Shown: positions 41,408 to 51,452 of the stretch, one piece after another
Layout: each line of letters begins with the position of its first letter
Position numbering within the stretch: position 1 is the first letter of the stretch
Assembly: GCA_902617955.1 (NCBI GenBank)
Contig: CACMYW010000003.1
Span: 1 to 56,155 of the forward strand
Length of the DNA: 56,155 nt
From: an uncultured SAR86 cluster bacterium
GTDB lineage: Bacteria; Pseudomonadota; Gammaproteobacteria; Magnimaribacterales; D2472
Reading direction: 5' to 3'
Translations under genes and position numbers: made by a program
The notes under the pieces: model-generated
What the model was told of the DNA's origin: nothing
Seen by the model: the letters and a program-made list of their open reading frames with translations, nothing else
The model's database searches: none

Positions 41408-42675
41408 CAGATATAGATTTTAATTTTTTGACCCGGAAATATACTAGATGGATCTAATTCGTTCCATTTAATCACTTCGTTGACGGTTACCCCAAAACGA
41501 ATTGCAATTTCAGAAATAACATCTCCTTTTTGGATGGTATATGTCAAGAATTCGGGTAAGGGATCCATAATGGTATTAGGTTTTGGCTTAACTTTGAAAT
41601 ATTCATGAATTCCAAGAAATATACTTCTTGCAATCATTCTTCTGCCAGGTTTTTTTGATAATCTCCTAGAATCGTCAGGGTTAGTTATGAATCCAGATTC
41701 AACTAAAACAGATGGGATATCTATTGATTTTAAAACTCTAAAGTCAGCAAATTCAATATTTGGTTTATGCATGTGTGTGAAAGGATCTCTTTTTAATTGC
41801 TCTAATATCTTTTCACCAAGAATTATACTATTTTCAATTTTAGCCTCATAAGCTAGCTGATATATTGCTCTGGCAGCGTCCTCATCAAAGTCTTGGAAAT
41901 CAAGCCTTCCAACCTTTGACTTTATTGAGCTATCTGCAACAAGCTTAGCTTTTGACAAATTCTCTGCTGTAATCGATGAGGCTTCTTCAGACCATACATA
42001 CACTGATGCCCCCTTTACTCTTGAGAGTCGAAAGCCATCAGCATGAATAGAAACAAAAAGATCTGCTCCTAATTCTCTTGCTTTTTGATAGCGATCATCT
42101 AAATTTACAAATTCATCTGTAGATCTAATCATGATTGGCTTATAACCTTGGGTATCCCTTAGAGTTCTCTCAAGCTCTTTGGCAATCATCAAAGTTACGT
42201 CTTTTTCAAGAATGTTGGTTCCAACCGATCCAGGATCCTTTCCCCCATGGCCAGCATCAATTGCAATTAAAATATCGCGCGTATTTTTTTTGATTTTTTG
42301 CGATTGCTTAATTTCCAGTATTAATTTGACGTGGTCTTTAGATTTAATCTGCCATGGCTTTTTCCAATAAACAGACTCATTAAGATCAATTACAATCCGA
42401 GAGAGGTTATTTTGATCTGATGCTCTTACAAGCTTTAATGGCCCAAGGTTATTTTCTTCTGAAAATGAACTTACCTTGGTATCTCGAACATCAATAACAA
42501 TTCTTGATGGGTCATCTAGGGCATAGGCATTAATTAAGGCAACTTTTTGAAGCTTGAATGAAATTCTTATATCACCATTGGGTAGTTCTTTTATGTTTTC
42601 AAAATTTAGTGAGTTTGCACCGAGAGGCGTAAATAGACACAAAAAAAATACAAGTGAAAAGAAAACTTTATGCAT
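41407..42675 (-). CDS. amiB: N-acetylmuramoyl-L-alanine amidase (AMIN-Amidase_3-LysM)
   Basis: PSRIVID, IDAGHGGKDPG, SIHAD, LVESGF, C-terminal LysM; follows tsaE. Confidence 0.92.
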   Translation of the reverse strand: MHKVFFSLVFFLCLFTPLGANSLNFENIKELPNGDIRISFKLQKVALINAYALDDPSRIVIDVRDTKVSSFSEENNLGPLKLVRASDQNNLSRIVIDLNESVYWKKPWQIKSKDHVKLILEIKQSQKIKKNTRDILIAIDAGHGGKDPGSVGTNILEKDVTLMIAKELERTLRDTQGYKPIMIRSTDEFVNLDDRYQKARELGADLFVSIHADGFRLSRVKGASVYVWSEEASSITAENLSKAKLVADSSIKSKVGRLDFQDFDEDAARAIYQLAYEAKIENSIILGEKILEQLKRDPFTHMHKPNIEFADFRVLKSIDIPSVLVESGFITNPDDSRRLSKKPGRRMIARSIFLGIHEYFKVKPKPNTIMDPLPEFLTYTIQKGDVISEIAIRFGVTVNEVIKWNELDPSSIFPGQKIKIYI

Positions 42676-43129
42676 GATTAGATTCAATAATTTTTATTAT
42701 TTTACTAGCTGTGCCTGAAAGTTTAACTAATCGAGATTCATTTTTATGCACAATAGAAATTTTTAAATCAAATTTTCTTTTGTTAGGTAAATTCTCCGGC
42801 CACTCAATCAAGATTAATAATTTTTTTTCAGAAACCGTCTCAAGATCTAACATATCTACATCTTCCTGATTATCAATTCTGTATAGGTCAATGTGTTTAC
42901 AAAGAAAATCTTTGACTTGGTATTCTTCATAAATTGTGTAGGTTGGACTTTTAACTTTACCCTGCCAGCCAAGACCATTTATCAATGAGCGTGCAATGGT
43001 TGTTTTGCCCGCTCCAAGGTTACCTTCTAAATGGATTTCAAATTTTTCTTCATCAGCGGATCGCAATGCATCTGACAATAATCGTCCAAGTTCAATTGAA
43101 GCAGATTCATCCTCAAGCAAAATATTCAT
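42668..43129 (-). CDS. tsaE: tRNA threonylcarbamoyladenosine biosynthesis ATPase
   Basis: GNLGAGKTT, VKSPTY, HIDLYR, IEW. Confidence 0.96.
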   Translation of the reverse strand: MNILLEDESASIELGRLLSDALRSADEEKFEIHLEGNLGAGKTTIARSLINGLGWQGKVKSPTYTIYEEYQVKDFLCKHIDLYRIDNQEDVDMLDLETVSEKKLLILIEWPENLPNKRKFDLKISIVHKNESRLVKLSGTASKIIKIIESNHA

Positions 43130-43136
43130 AGGAAAA

Positions 43137-44603
43137 CTAATTAATGTTCTTTTTTATCAGCCCAATCAGTGTTTTAGCATCTAAACCTCTATCGCCAAAA
43201 TTTTTTGAATACTCGGTGCCAGATCTTCCATGAACAGCTACACCAAGTTTAATTGCATTTAATGAATCCAGCTTGTTACCAATTAGACCTGCAATTATGC
43301 CCGCAAGGATGTCTCCTGATCCGGGAATTGATAGGGCTGGAGAGCCCTCATTACAGATATAATTAGCATTACTTGAAATAACGGTCTGATGGCCTTTGAG
43401 AACAATTGATGCCTTAAATTTTGTTGCTAGATTGGTTGATGCAGAGAGTCTGTTTTCTTGAATTTCTTCAGTGGATAAGTTTAACAGAGCTGCTGCCTCA
43501 CCTGGATGTGGTGTTAGGATTAATTTAGAAGGAAGGTCTGTATCTTGAAATGGCTTATTGCATAAGAGCCTTAATGCCCCAGCATCCATGATCAAGGTTT
43601 GATTGTTTTCTTTTGCTGATTCAATTGCCATATACAATAGTTGTTCTGACCAATAGCTGTCTTTAAATCCAGGACCGCAAACGATTACTTCGGCACTTTT
43701 AATATCGTCTTTAAAATCTTGTGGATTATCAGATCCAGAAACCATAAGTTCTGGAAGATATGATAGCGCAGGGGTAACGGCGCTCTCCTGACTTAAAAGC
43801 CTTACAAGTCCAGCTCCAACAGACAGAGCTCCTGCACTTGCAAGTATTCCAGCACCCTCATACCCTGCATCGCCTGCTAAGATAGCTATCTTTCCAAACA
43901 TGCCTTTATGAGAATCTAACTTTCGTTTTGGTAAAAGGTCTTTCACATCTTCAAATGAAAATAAATTGGCAGCTTCTCTCATCTCTTCATCTATATTTTT
44001 ATTTAATTTAAGTAATTCCATTTTACCAGTGAAATTTTTTCCAGGATCAAGAATTTGCCCAATTTTATATCCAAAAAAAGTCAGTGTATTTGTTGCTAGA
44101 AAAGTTTCTTCTGATGCCTTACCACTTGATACATTTAAGCCAGTAGGGGCATCAATGGCAATCTTATGTTTGAATGTATTTGCTATTTTAATTACTGATT
44201 TGATTTCATTCGAAATAGTTTCTCTGCCACCAATTCCAAGCATGGCGTCCACAATGACAGTTTCCTGTTTATTGAAATCATCCAGATCAACTAATGCAAT
44301 CAAGTGATTTTCTATATCTTTTTCAGCCACCATAGTGAGGTTGGATTTAGTTTTTTCTTGTAGAACCCTTAAAAAATAAACCTTATAACCATAATCAATT
44401 AAATATTTACCTATATAGATCCCATCACCACCATTATTGCCAGGACCAACAAGAATAATGAAACTTTCCTGTTTGAGATTACTAATTATCCATTTTGCTG
44501 CAGCATTTGCAGCATCCTTCATTAGACCTAATTCATCAATGCCTGATGCAAATAATGATTTTTCAAAATCATATATCTGAGATGGGAAATAGAGTTTTTT
44601 CAA
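43137..44603 (-). CDS. nnr: Bifunctional NAD(P)HX epimerase/dehydratase
   Basis: GPGNNGGDG, DAMLGIG, DSHKG, TPHPGEA, GSGDILAG. Confidence 0.94.
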   Translation of the reverse strand: MKKLYFPSQIYDFEKSLFASGIDELGLMKDAANAAAKWIISNLKQESFIILVGPGNNGGDGIYIGKYLIDYGYKVYFLRVLQEKTKSNLTMVAEKDIENHLIALVDLDDFNKQETVIVDAMLGIGGRETISNEIKSVIKIANTFKHKIAIDAPTGLNVSSGKASEETFLATNTLTFFGYKIGQILDPGKNFTGKMELLKLNKNIDEEMREAANLFSFEDVKDLLPKRKLDSHKGMFGKIAILAGDAGYEGAGILASAGALSVGAGLVRLLSQESAVTPALSYLPELMVSGSDNPQDFKDDIKSAEVIVCGPGFKDSYWSEQLLYMAIESAKENNQTLIMDAGALRLLCNKPFQDTDLPSKLILTPHPGEAAALLNLSTEEIQENRLSASTNLATKFKASIVLKGHQTVISSNANYICNEGSPALSIPGSGDILAGIIAGLIGNKLDSLNAIKLGVAVHGRSGTEYSKNFGDRGLDAKTLIGLIKKNIN

Positions 44604-44605
44604 GA

Positions 44606-45976
44606 CTATTGAGTTATATAGCCAAGGCGATTAGATCTAAATGAACCCAGCCAAACTCTCTCATTTTCCATAAGAGCAACTGTCCCTGGACCCATATTTG
44701 TATTCTTAAAAGAGATTCTATTTTTTAGATCCAGTGTATTCCTATTTAGGATTGAAATTGACCATGGCAAGGTACAGTTTTCATTAAGGCCGCATCGAGC
44801 ATAGTCATAAATATTTGAATCATGAGAGACAACCCAATAATCATTGTCTTGGAGAACAATGTTATCAGGAGAGTTTGTTTTATGAGAAGCTAAATGCTGT
44901 TTACTTTCTAGGTCATATAACGAAGTTGAATCACCCAGATTATAATTTACAGCCAAATAATTTTTTTCTGGATCATAGCTTAGGCCGTTAGGGTATGCTC
45001 CTGAAGTATATCTAAGTTCTGTAAATCCATTTTTCTTTTCCCATTTAATTACAAAACCCGTATTAAATTTAAAATAATATGCAAGAATCCATTTCTCCAT
45101 ACTAAAATTTCTAGGAAACATATGCGTTGCATAAAATGATCCTGAATCAGTCAAACTCACATCATTCAAGTAGTATTTATTTTCTGTTGAAACACAGCCC
45201 TTCCATTCAAGGTTCCAAGTCTGATCTTCTTTGAAAAGCTTATACATTTCGATCCGCTCATCAGGTAGATGAGAAACAACCGCTAACTGATATTGACCAT
45301 CTTTACGTTTAACGAGGTCAATGCCATGGGGACCTATCAGATCTGAATCTTTACGTAAGCACTTCTCATCCCCCCATTCATTGCTACCGTATAAAATATC
45401 GATTTTTTCTTTCTTCAAGGTTTTAAGGTTTAGCAAACTAATTTTGCCTACCCCTTCTTCTTGAATTGGTTTTTGTCCACCGTATTCGGATACGATGAGC
45501 CCACTTCCATCTGGAATTATTACTAGGTCCTCAGGATTTTTAAAACCGCAAACAACTTGAATCTCATCATTGCTTTCACATCCAACCAATGGCTCAAACG
45601 GGGTTTTATCTCTTGCACTTTCTAAAAGAAGAACCGTGCCTATTGCAAAGAGAAAAAGAGTGCCGAAGATCATAAATTTTTTGAAATGATCTAATGCAGC
45701 TGTTTTGGCCCAATCACTGAAAAATAAAAATAATAGGCCCCTGAAAATACTCAAAATGCCAATTAAAATAACGATGTAATTCCATGGTTGGTAATAAATA
45801 GGACTTTCAGGAATTCCAAAATATAAGAAAATCCCGCCAATAATGACACCAAAAAGACCAAGCATCTTCAGATAATTTGAGGCAAGGGTTCGAATCACGG
45901 CCTTTTGCCAAAACTTATAAAACAACGGAAGGCTAACGCCAAGAGCAATTAGTAATACACCAAAAATTAATTCCAT
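44606..45976 (-). CDS. Four-TM membrane domain fused to paraoxonase/arylesterase-like beta-propeller
   Basis: About 118-aa hydrophobic N-terminus, then NPEDL, PHGI, VVSH, LNDV, PNG, PDN. Confidence 0.75.
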   Translation of the reverse strand: MELIFGVLLIALGVSLPLFYKFWQKAVIRTLASNYLKMLGLFGVIIGGIFLYFGIPESPIYYQPWNYIVILIGILSIFRGLLFLFFSDWAKTAALDHFKKFMIFGTLFLFAIGTVLLLESARDKTPFEPLVGCESNDEIQVVCGFKNPEDLVIIPDGSGLIVSEYGGQKPIQEEGVGKISLLNLKTLKKEKIDILYGSNEWGDEKCLRKDSDLIGPHGIDLVKRKDGQYQLAVVSHLPDERIEMYKLFKEDQTWNLEWKGCVSTENKYYLNDVSLTDSGSFYATHMFPRNFSMEKWILAYYFKFNTGFVIKWEKKNGFTELRYTSGAYPNGLSYDPEKNYLAVNYNLGDSTSLYDLESKQHLASHKTNSPDNIVLQDNDYWVVSHDSNIYDYARCGLNENCTLPWSISILNRNTLDLKNRISFKNTNMGPGTVALMENERVWLGSFRSNRLGYITQ

Positions 45977-46860
45977 TTTTTTAGCTCCATATTGATTAAT
46001 TCTGCAAGCTCAAGAGGCTTGTCTACCAATACGTGATGAGCCGCATCTTTGATAACTTTAAATTCCATTATTTCGCTGAAAGCACTTTGCATATATTTCA
46101 TTATCTTTGATCCTAAGAGCAAGCTGTCGCTTCCAGAAATAAATAATGCAGGACAGGAAAATGAAAACCCATATCCATCCAGTCGTTTTAATGATCTAAA
46201 TAATCTGTCATCAAATTTCCATCGCCATCCATCGCTTGTTTCTTTGATTGAAAATTCAGCAATAAATCTTAAATACCAATCATTTTTACATTCTTGGGGT
46301 GGCATTAGCCTAAAACGAGAAAGAATTTCTCTTTTTGATGAGTAATATTTTATGGGTCTTAACGGACCACTACTTATGTGCTTATCGTAATCATAGTCAG
46401 GAGGTCTTATTGGGCTGTCGATGATGATTAAACCACTAACAAGTTCTGGCATTTCAGATGCAATGTATGCAGCTAGATGCCCTCCAAGGGAATGACCAAC
46501 TAAAAAAATTTTCCGTTTTAACATTCCTTCGCTATCAATAACGCCAAGAACAGCATCTTTAAATAACTCAAAGTCATATTTATCAAAATGACTGGTATCT
46601 CCCATGCCCGGAAGTTCTGGGGCAATAATCGTGCCTTTTGATTTGAGCAATGGTGCAATGGGGTCCCACCATTTACTATGTGCGCCGGTCCCATGAATTA
46701 AAACAGTTAGCTGTTCTTCGTCATCAATATCCCATTTCTGATAGGCAACCTCATGACCATTAAAAGCATATTTTTTTTGTTCTAATTTTGCCTCAATTGC
46801 TTGATGAAACCAGTTCGGAGCATCTGCAATGTCCTCCTTAAGCGAGTCGGATATTTTCAT
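45967..46860 (-). CDS. Alpha/beta hydrolase
   Basis: HG oxyanion motif, GHSLGG, AAHH; likely start 46860. Confidence 0.88.
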   Translation of the reverse strand: MKISDSLKEDIADAPNWFHQAIEAKLEQKKYAFNGHEVAYQKWDIDDEEQLTVLIHGTGAHSKWWDPIAPLLKSKGTIIAPELPGMGDTSHFDKYDFELFKDAVLGVIDSEGMLKRKIFLVGHSLGGHLAAYIASEMPELVSGLIIIDSPIRPPDYDYDKHISSGPLRPIKYYSSKREILSRFRLMPPQECKNDWYLRFIAEFSIKETSDGWRWKFDDRLFRSLKRLDGYGFSFSCPALFISGSDSLLLGSKIMKYMQSAFSEIMEFKVIKDAAHHVLVDKPLELAELINMELKKWN

Positions 46861-46899
46861 TAGATGCATTCTAATAGATAATGGCTGACTAAACGAATT

Positions 46900-47667
46900 A
46901 TGCAATTGATCAGACCTGCGGCAACCATAGTCTTAGCAAGGGATTCATTAAAGGGCCCTGAGGTATTGATGGTTAAAAGAAGTACAAACTCAGCATTTGG
47001 TGATTTGCATGTATTCCCAGGAGGCACTCTTGATCCAGAGGATTATTTGTCAGAAATTTATCAAATGAGCGATGATCTTGATGATCGATCAGCTTCATCA
47101 ATGTTAAAAGTTGAAAAAGATGGCCTTGCTTATATGATTGCTGTTGTTAGGGAGTGTTTTGAAGAGGTTGGTATATTGATGTCTAAATCATTGCCGGCAT
47201 CCCTTGATCCAAAGGCATTAAAAAACATTCGGGATCAGATCAATAATAAAAAATTAACGTTTTATGATTTTTGTCTTAGTAACGATATCCATTTTGATTT
47301 TACTAATATCGTTCCAATCTCACATTGGATAACACCTGAGGTAGAGAAAAAAAGATTTGATACCCGTTTCTTTTTTACAAAAACAGATGAGTCACAACAA
47401 AATGATCATGATGGCTGGGAGCTAACCGAAAGTGTATGGATAAAACCTAGTGATGCACTTAAAGCAAACAGCGAAGGTGCTTTTAATATGATCATGCCTA
47501 CAATCAAAAACCTTTCTCTGTTACTGCCTTATAAAACAGTAGCTGATGCTTTCGCTGGCCTGAAAGATGAGGTTGACAATATTCAATCCATTCTGCCAAA
47601 GTTTTTCAAGAGAGATGGAAACTGGATCGGTTTATTGCCTGATGATGAAGGATATGAAGATGCATAG
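46900..47667 (+). CDS. NUDIX hydrolase (NUDT19-like)
   Basis: PAAT, FPGG...RECFEEVG with insertion, HWITP, RFDTRFF. Confidence 0.88.
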   Translation: MQLIRPAATIVLARDSLKGPEVLMVKRSTNSAFGDLHVFPGGTLDPEDYLSEIYQMSDDLDDRSASSMLKVEKDGLAYMIAVVRECFEEVGILMSKSLPASLDPKALKNIRDQINNKKLTFYDFCLSNDIHFDFTNIVPISHWITPEVEKKRFDTRFFFTKTDESQQNDHDGWELTESVWIKPSDALKANSEGAFNMIMPTIKNLSLLLPYKTVADAFAGLKDEVDNIQSILPKFFKRDGNWIGLLPDDEGYEDA

Positions 47668-48469
47668 TAAATTAATTCAAAAGATTACAGCACCCAATGC
47701 AAGTATGTTTACAGGCGGTGGGACAAATACTTATCTGATAGGTAAAGAAGAGATCACTATTGTTGATCCAGGCCCAAACATTGAGACACACATCAATGAA
47801 ATTGCTAATACGGTAGGGGAAAAAGCAACAAGGATTTTGGTTACTCATACTCATAGGGACCATTCACCAGGAGTGAGACCATTAAAAGATATTTTAAATG
47901 TTCCCTCCTATGGATTAATGGTGGAGCAAGATGATGGACATCAAGACAAAACCTTTACTCCAGATAAAGTCTTAGGTCATGGCGATGTGATTGACTGCGA
48001 AGAATATAAAATTGAGGTCATTCATACCCCTGGCCACGCATCAAATCATCTTTGTTATTTAGTTCACGATGCATCAACGTTAATTACCGGTGATCATATT
48101 ATGAACGGTTCAACAGTAGTGATTGCTCCGCCTGATGGGAACATGAAGCAATACCTGTCTTCATTAAAACTTCTCAAAGACTACGCATTTGATTACATTG
48201 CACCTGGTCATGGAGATTACCTTGAAGATCCAGTCGCTGTGATTGATTGGATTATCAATCATCGACTTCAAAGAGAATCTAAGGTTCATGAGTGCCTAAA
48301 AAAAATATCTCCATGTGATGTCAATGATTTGGTCAAGCTCGTTTATGATGACGTTGACCCAAAATTACATCCGATTGCACTGTGGAGCCTCACAGCACAT
48401 TTAGAAAAATTAGAAGAGGATGGCATAGCTGTTTTGAGTGGAGATAAAAAAATCTGGTCACTTAATTAG
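47660..48469 (+). CDS. Metallo-beta-lactamase-fold hydrolase (LACTB2-like, C-terminal winged helix)
   Basis: APNAS..T..GTNTY, HTHRDH, TPGH, GDH, PGHG; likely start 47660. Confidence 0.9.
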   Translation: MHSKLIQKITAPNASMFTGGGTNTYLIGKEEITIVDPGPNIETHINEIANTVGEKATRILVTHTHRDHSPGVRPLKDILNVPSYGLMVEQDDGHQDKTFTPDKVLGHGDVIDCEEYKIEVIHTPGHASNHLCYLVHDASTLITGDHIMNGSTVVIAPPDGNMKQYLSSLKLLKDYAFDYIAPGHGDYLEDPVAVIDWIINHRLQRESKVHECLKKISPCDVNDLVKLVYDDVDPKLHPIALWSLTAHLEKLEEDGIAVLSGDKKIWSLN

Positions 48470-48471
48470 TT

Positions 48472-48834
48472 ATGTTTGGATTTATTTTAGGCTGCTTCTA
48501 CTTACTAAGTGCCTTAACTTTTCTTTGGCTTAATAATAGTAAATTTGATCTCGTTGGATTCTTTTTTAATAAAGCGAATCATAAATTCTATGTTGGTTAT
48601 GAACTCAGTTTCTTGGTCCTTTGTATGTTTGCATTGCTGGAAACAATGAGTTGGGTTTTTTTTATTTTGCTAGCAATCCATTTCATGGGTTTTTATATAT
48701 TGGCTTTCAATGCTGAAAAATTTTACTCAATGAGAAATGAAATTGACGCACTAGGTCAAAACTCAATGATAAATTTTTCTGTAATCTTTTATCTGCTTGG
48801 AGGAGTTTTTTCTTTATTTACTGTTTTGATTTAA
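48472..48834 (+). CDS. Hypothetical membrane protein (about 4 TM)
   Basis: 120-aa hydrophobic ORF, 2 bp after the MBL gene. Confidence 0.65.
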   Translation: MFGFILGCFYLLSALTFLWLNNSKFDLVGFFFNKANHKFYVGYELSFLVLCMFALLETMSWVFFILLAIHFMGFYILAFNAEKFYSMRNEIDALGQNSMINFSVIFYLLGGVFSLFTVLI

Positions 48835-50760
48835 AGAGAGTTTATTCTCAACTAAATTCTTAACAACCTCTGGTTCAGCTAAGGTAGAAGTATCTCCCAG
48901 ATCATGAGTTTCACCTGCTGCAATTTTTCTTAAAATCCTTCTCATTATTTTTCCTGAACGTGTTTTAGGCAAATTGGGTGACCATTGAATTAGATCAGGT
49001 TTAGCAATGGGACTTATTTCATTGGCAACAAACTTTGAAAGTTCATTAGCAAGATCATCGTCTGAATTTTGCCCAACCATCAGGGTTACAAATGCATAGA
49101 TTCCTTGCCCTTTGATGGGGTGCTCAAACCCAACAACTGCAGCCTCAGCAACAATCGGATGAAGCACAAGGGCGCTTTCAATTTCAGCTGTTCCAAGCCT
49201 ATGACCTGAAACATTCAAGACATCATCCACCCTTCCTGTTATCCAGTAATAACCATCTTTGTCCCTCTTTGCACCATCTCCGGTAAAGTAAATATCCTCA
49301 TACTCAGAAAAATACGTATCAATCATTCTTTGATGATCCCCATAAACCGTTCTTATTTGGCTTGGCCAAGAATTTTGTATCACAAGATTTCCTGAGCCTT
49401 CACCTTCAATTAAATTACCTTCATCATTCATTAAGCCTGGCTTAACACCAAAAAAAGGAAATGTTGCTGAGCCTGGTTTTACAGGTGTAATTCCGGCAAT
49501 GGGTGAGATCAATACAGAGCCAGTCTCTGTCTGCCACCAGGTATCAATAATTTGACAACGCGATTCTCCGACAATTTTATAATACCAATCCCAGGCCTCA
49601 GGATTGATGGGCTCACCCACAGTACCAAGCAATTTTAAAGATTTTCTAGATGTATCCTTTACAGGTTTATCGCCTTGAGCCATTAATGCTCGAATCGCAG
49701 TTGGCGCAGTATAAAAAATATTTACTTGATGCTTATCACATATCTCCCAGCATCTTGAGGATGAAGGATAAGTAGGCACGCCTTCGAAAATAACACTGGT
49801 TGCACAATTACTTAGCGGTCCATAAACAATATAAGTATGCCCAGTTATCCAGCCAACATCTGCGGTGCACCAATAAATATCATCTTGCTGATAACCAAAT
49901 ATAAATTTAAAACTCAGGTGTGCTCCTAGCAGATATCCCCCAACACTATGCATGACTCCTTTAGGTTTCCCTGTAGATCCAGATGTATAGAGAATAAAAA
50001 GAGGATCCTCCGAATTAGTTGCTACACATTCGCAAGTCGGATCATATTGAGCAATCTTTTCTTTGTAGTAATGATCCCTGCCTGCAACCATTTCAATACT
50101 TTCACCTGTCCTTTGAACAACAATACAATTTTTAACTCCAGGACAAGAATCTAATGCAGTATCTACATTTTTTTTGAGATTAGTTTTCTTTCCTCCCCTA
50201 ACTGATTGGTCAGCAGTGATGACTAATGAGCAGTCAGCATCTAGAATCCTGTCCTTAAGAGATTCAGCAGAGAACCCTCCAAATACCACAGAATGAACTG
50301 CGCCTATCCGAGCGCAAGCCAGCATTGAATACACTGCTTCGGGAATCATGGGTAAGTAGATGCAGACTCTATCGCCCTTATTTACTCCAAGATCTTTCAT
50401 AAAATTAGCCAATCGACATACATGGTCGTGTAATTCTTGATAAGAAATATTCTTGCTTTCAGCAGGATCATCGCCTTCCCAAATAAAAGCAGTTTTATTT
50501 TGATGATGCTCTAGATGTCTATCAATGCAGTTATAAGCAATGTTTAACTCACCATCCTCAAACCATTTCGCATTTTTGAATTGATTGTTAAAAGTAGTTG
50601 TAAACGGCTTGCTCCACACTAAATTTTCTATCGCGGCATTTTGAAAAAAAGTAACAGGATCATTGATGGACTGTTCATACAGCCTTTTATACTCTTCCAG
50701 TGAGCTTAAATGCGGGTTTGTAAAACCTCTTTCAGGTGAAATGACTTTTGTATCAGTCAT
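48814..50760 (-). CDS. acs: Acetyl-CoA synthetase
   Basis: [32 protein letters not shown]. Confidence 0.98.
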   Translation of the reverse strand: MTDTKVISPERGFTNPHLSSLEEYKRLYEQSINDPVTFFQNAAIENLVWSKPFTTTFNNQFKNAKWFEDGELNIAYNCIDRHLEHHQNKTAFIWEGDDPAESKNISYQELHDHVCRLANFMKDLGVNKGDRVCIYLPMIPEAVYSMLACARIGAVHSVVFGGFSAESLKDRILDADCSLVITADQSVRGGKKTNLKKNVDTALDSCPGVKNCIVVQRTGESIEMVAGRDHYYKEKIAQYDPTCECVATNSEDPLFILYTSGSTGKPKGVMHSVGGYLLGAHLSFKFIFGYQQDDIYWCTADVGWITGHTYIVYGPLSNCATSVIFEGVPTYPSSSRCWEICDKHQVNIFYTAPTAIRALMAQGDKPVKDTSRKSLKLLGTVGEPINPEAWDWYYKIVGESRCQIIDTWWQTETGSVLISPIAGITPVKPGSATFPFFGVKPGLMNDEGNLIEGEGSGNLVIQNSWPSQIRTVYGDHQRMIDTYFSEYEDIYFTGDGAKRDKDGYYWITGRVDDVLNVSGHRLGTAEIESALVLHPIVAEAAVVGFEHPIKGQGIYAFVTLMVGQNSDDDLANELSKFVANEISPIAKPDLIQWSPNLPKTRSGKIMRRILRKIAAGETHDLGDTSTLAEPEVVKNLVENKLSLNQNSK

Positions 50761-51425
50761 TAAAGGATTGTTGGATGAGGATTTATAAAGTTTTTACCCT
50801 TTGGATTTGTGGTAATAGTTTCTAAGAGCATCTCATAATCCTTACCATCTTCCTCAAGATTAATGTCTGCAGCATTTACTATGAGGAGCGGGGCACTTTC
50901 ATAGTATAAAAAGAATTTTGAATAAGCTTCATTAAGTCGTTCAAGGTACTCACCAGTTAAATACCTCTCATTAGGATTTCCTCTTTTATTAATTCTATCG
51001 AGTAAAACCTCAACAGGAGCTTGAAGGTATATCACTAAGTCTGGAGATGGGGCATCAATTGTGGTGTGCTCATAAACTTTGTCGTACAGTGCTAGCTCTT
51101 CATCAGATAAAGTGACCTCAGCAAAAAGCCTATCTTTTTCTATTAGAAAATCAGCAACTCGAACAGGCTCAAACAAACTTTGTTGCTTAAGATCCTCAAT
51201 TTGTTGCATCCGCTGAAATAAAAAGAAAAGTTGTGCAGCCAGGGCAGATTGACTAGGATTTTTATAAAAACTGTTCAAGAAAGGGTTTTCTGCAGGTTTT
51301 TCCAGAAATACATCATAATTAAATGATTGCGCTATTTTATGAGCAAGGGTTGTCTTTCCAACACCAATAGGCCCTTCAACTGCTATGAACTTTGGTATGG
51401 GAGCTTCCTGAATTGCTAAATCCAT
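50760..51425 (-). CDS. Deoxynucleoside kinase
   Basis: [30 protein letters not shown]. Confidence 0.92.
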   Translation of the reverse strand: MDLAIQEAPIPKFIAVEGPIGVGKTTLAHKIAQSFNYDVFLEKPAENPFLNSFYKNPSQSALAAQLFFLFQRMQQIEDLKQQSLFEPVRVADFLIEKDRLFAEVTLSDEELALYDKVYEHTTIDAPSPDLVIYLQAPVEVLLDRINKRGNPNERYLTGEYLERLNEAYSKFFLYYESAPLLIVNAADINLEEDGKDYEMLLETITTNPKGKNFINPHPTIL

Positions 51426-51452
51426 CAATGTAAAAAAATTATCTTACAAAGA

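Noticed and set aside
47567-47667. Apparent 100-bp NUDIX/MBL overlap suggesting a frameshift fusion
   Set aside because: ATG 47660 gives an ordinary 8-bp overlap; no slippery site seen
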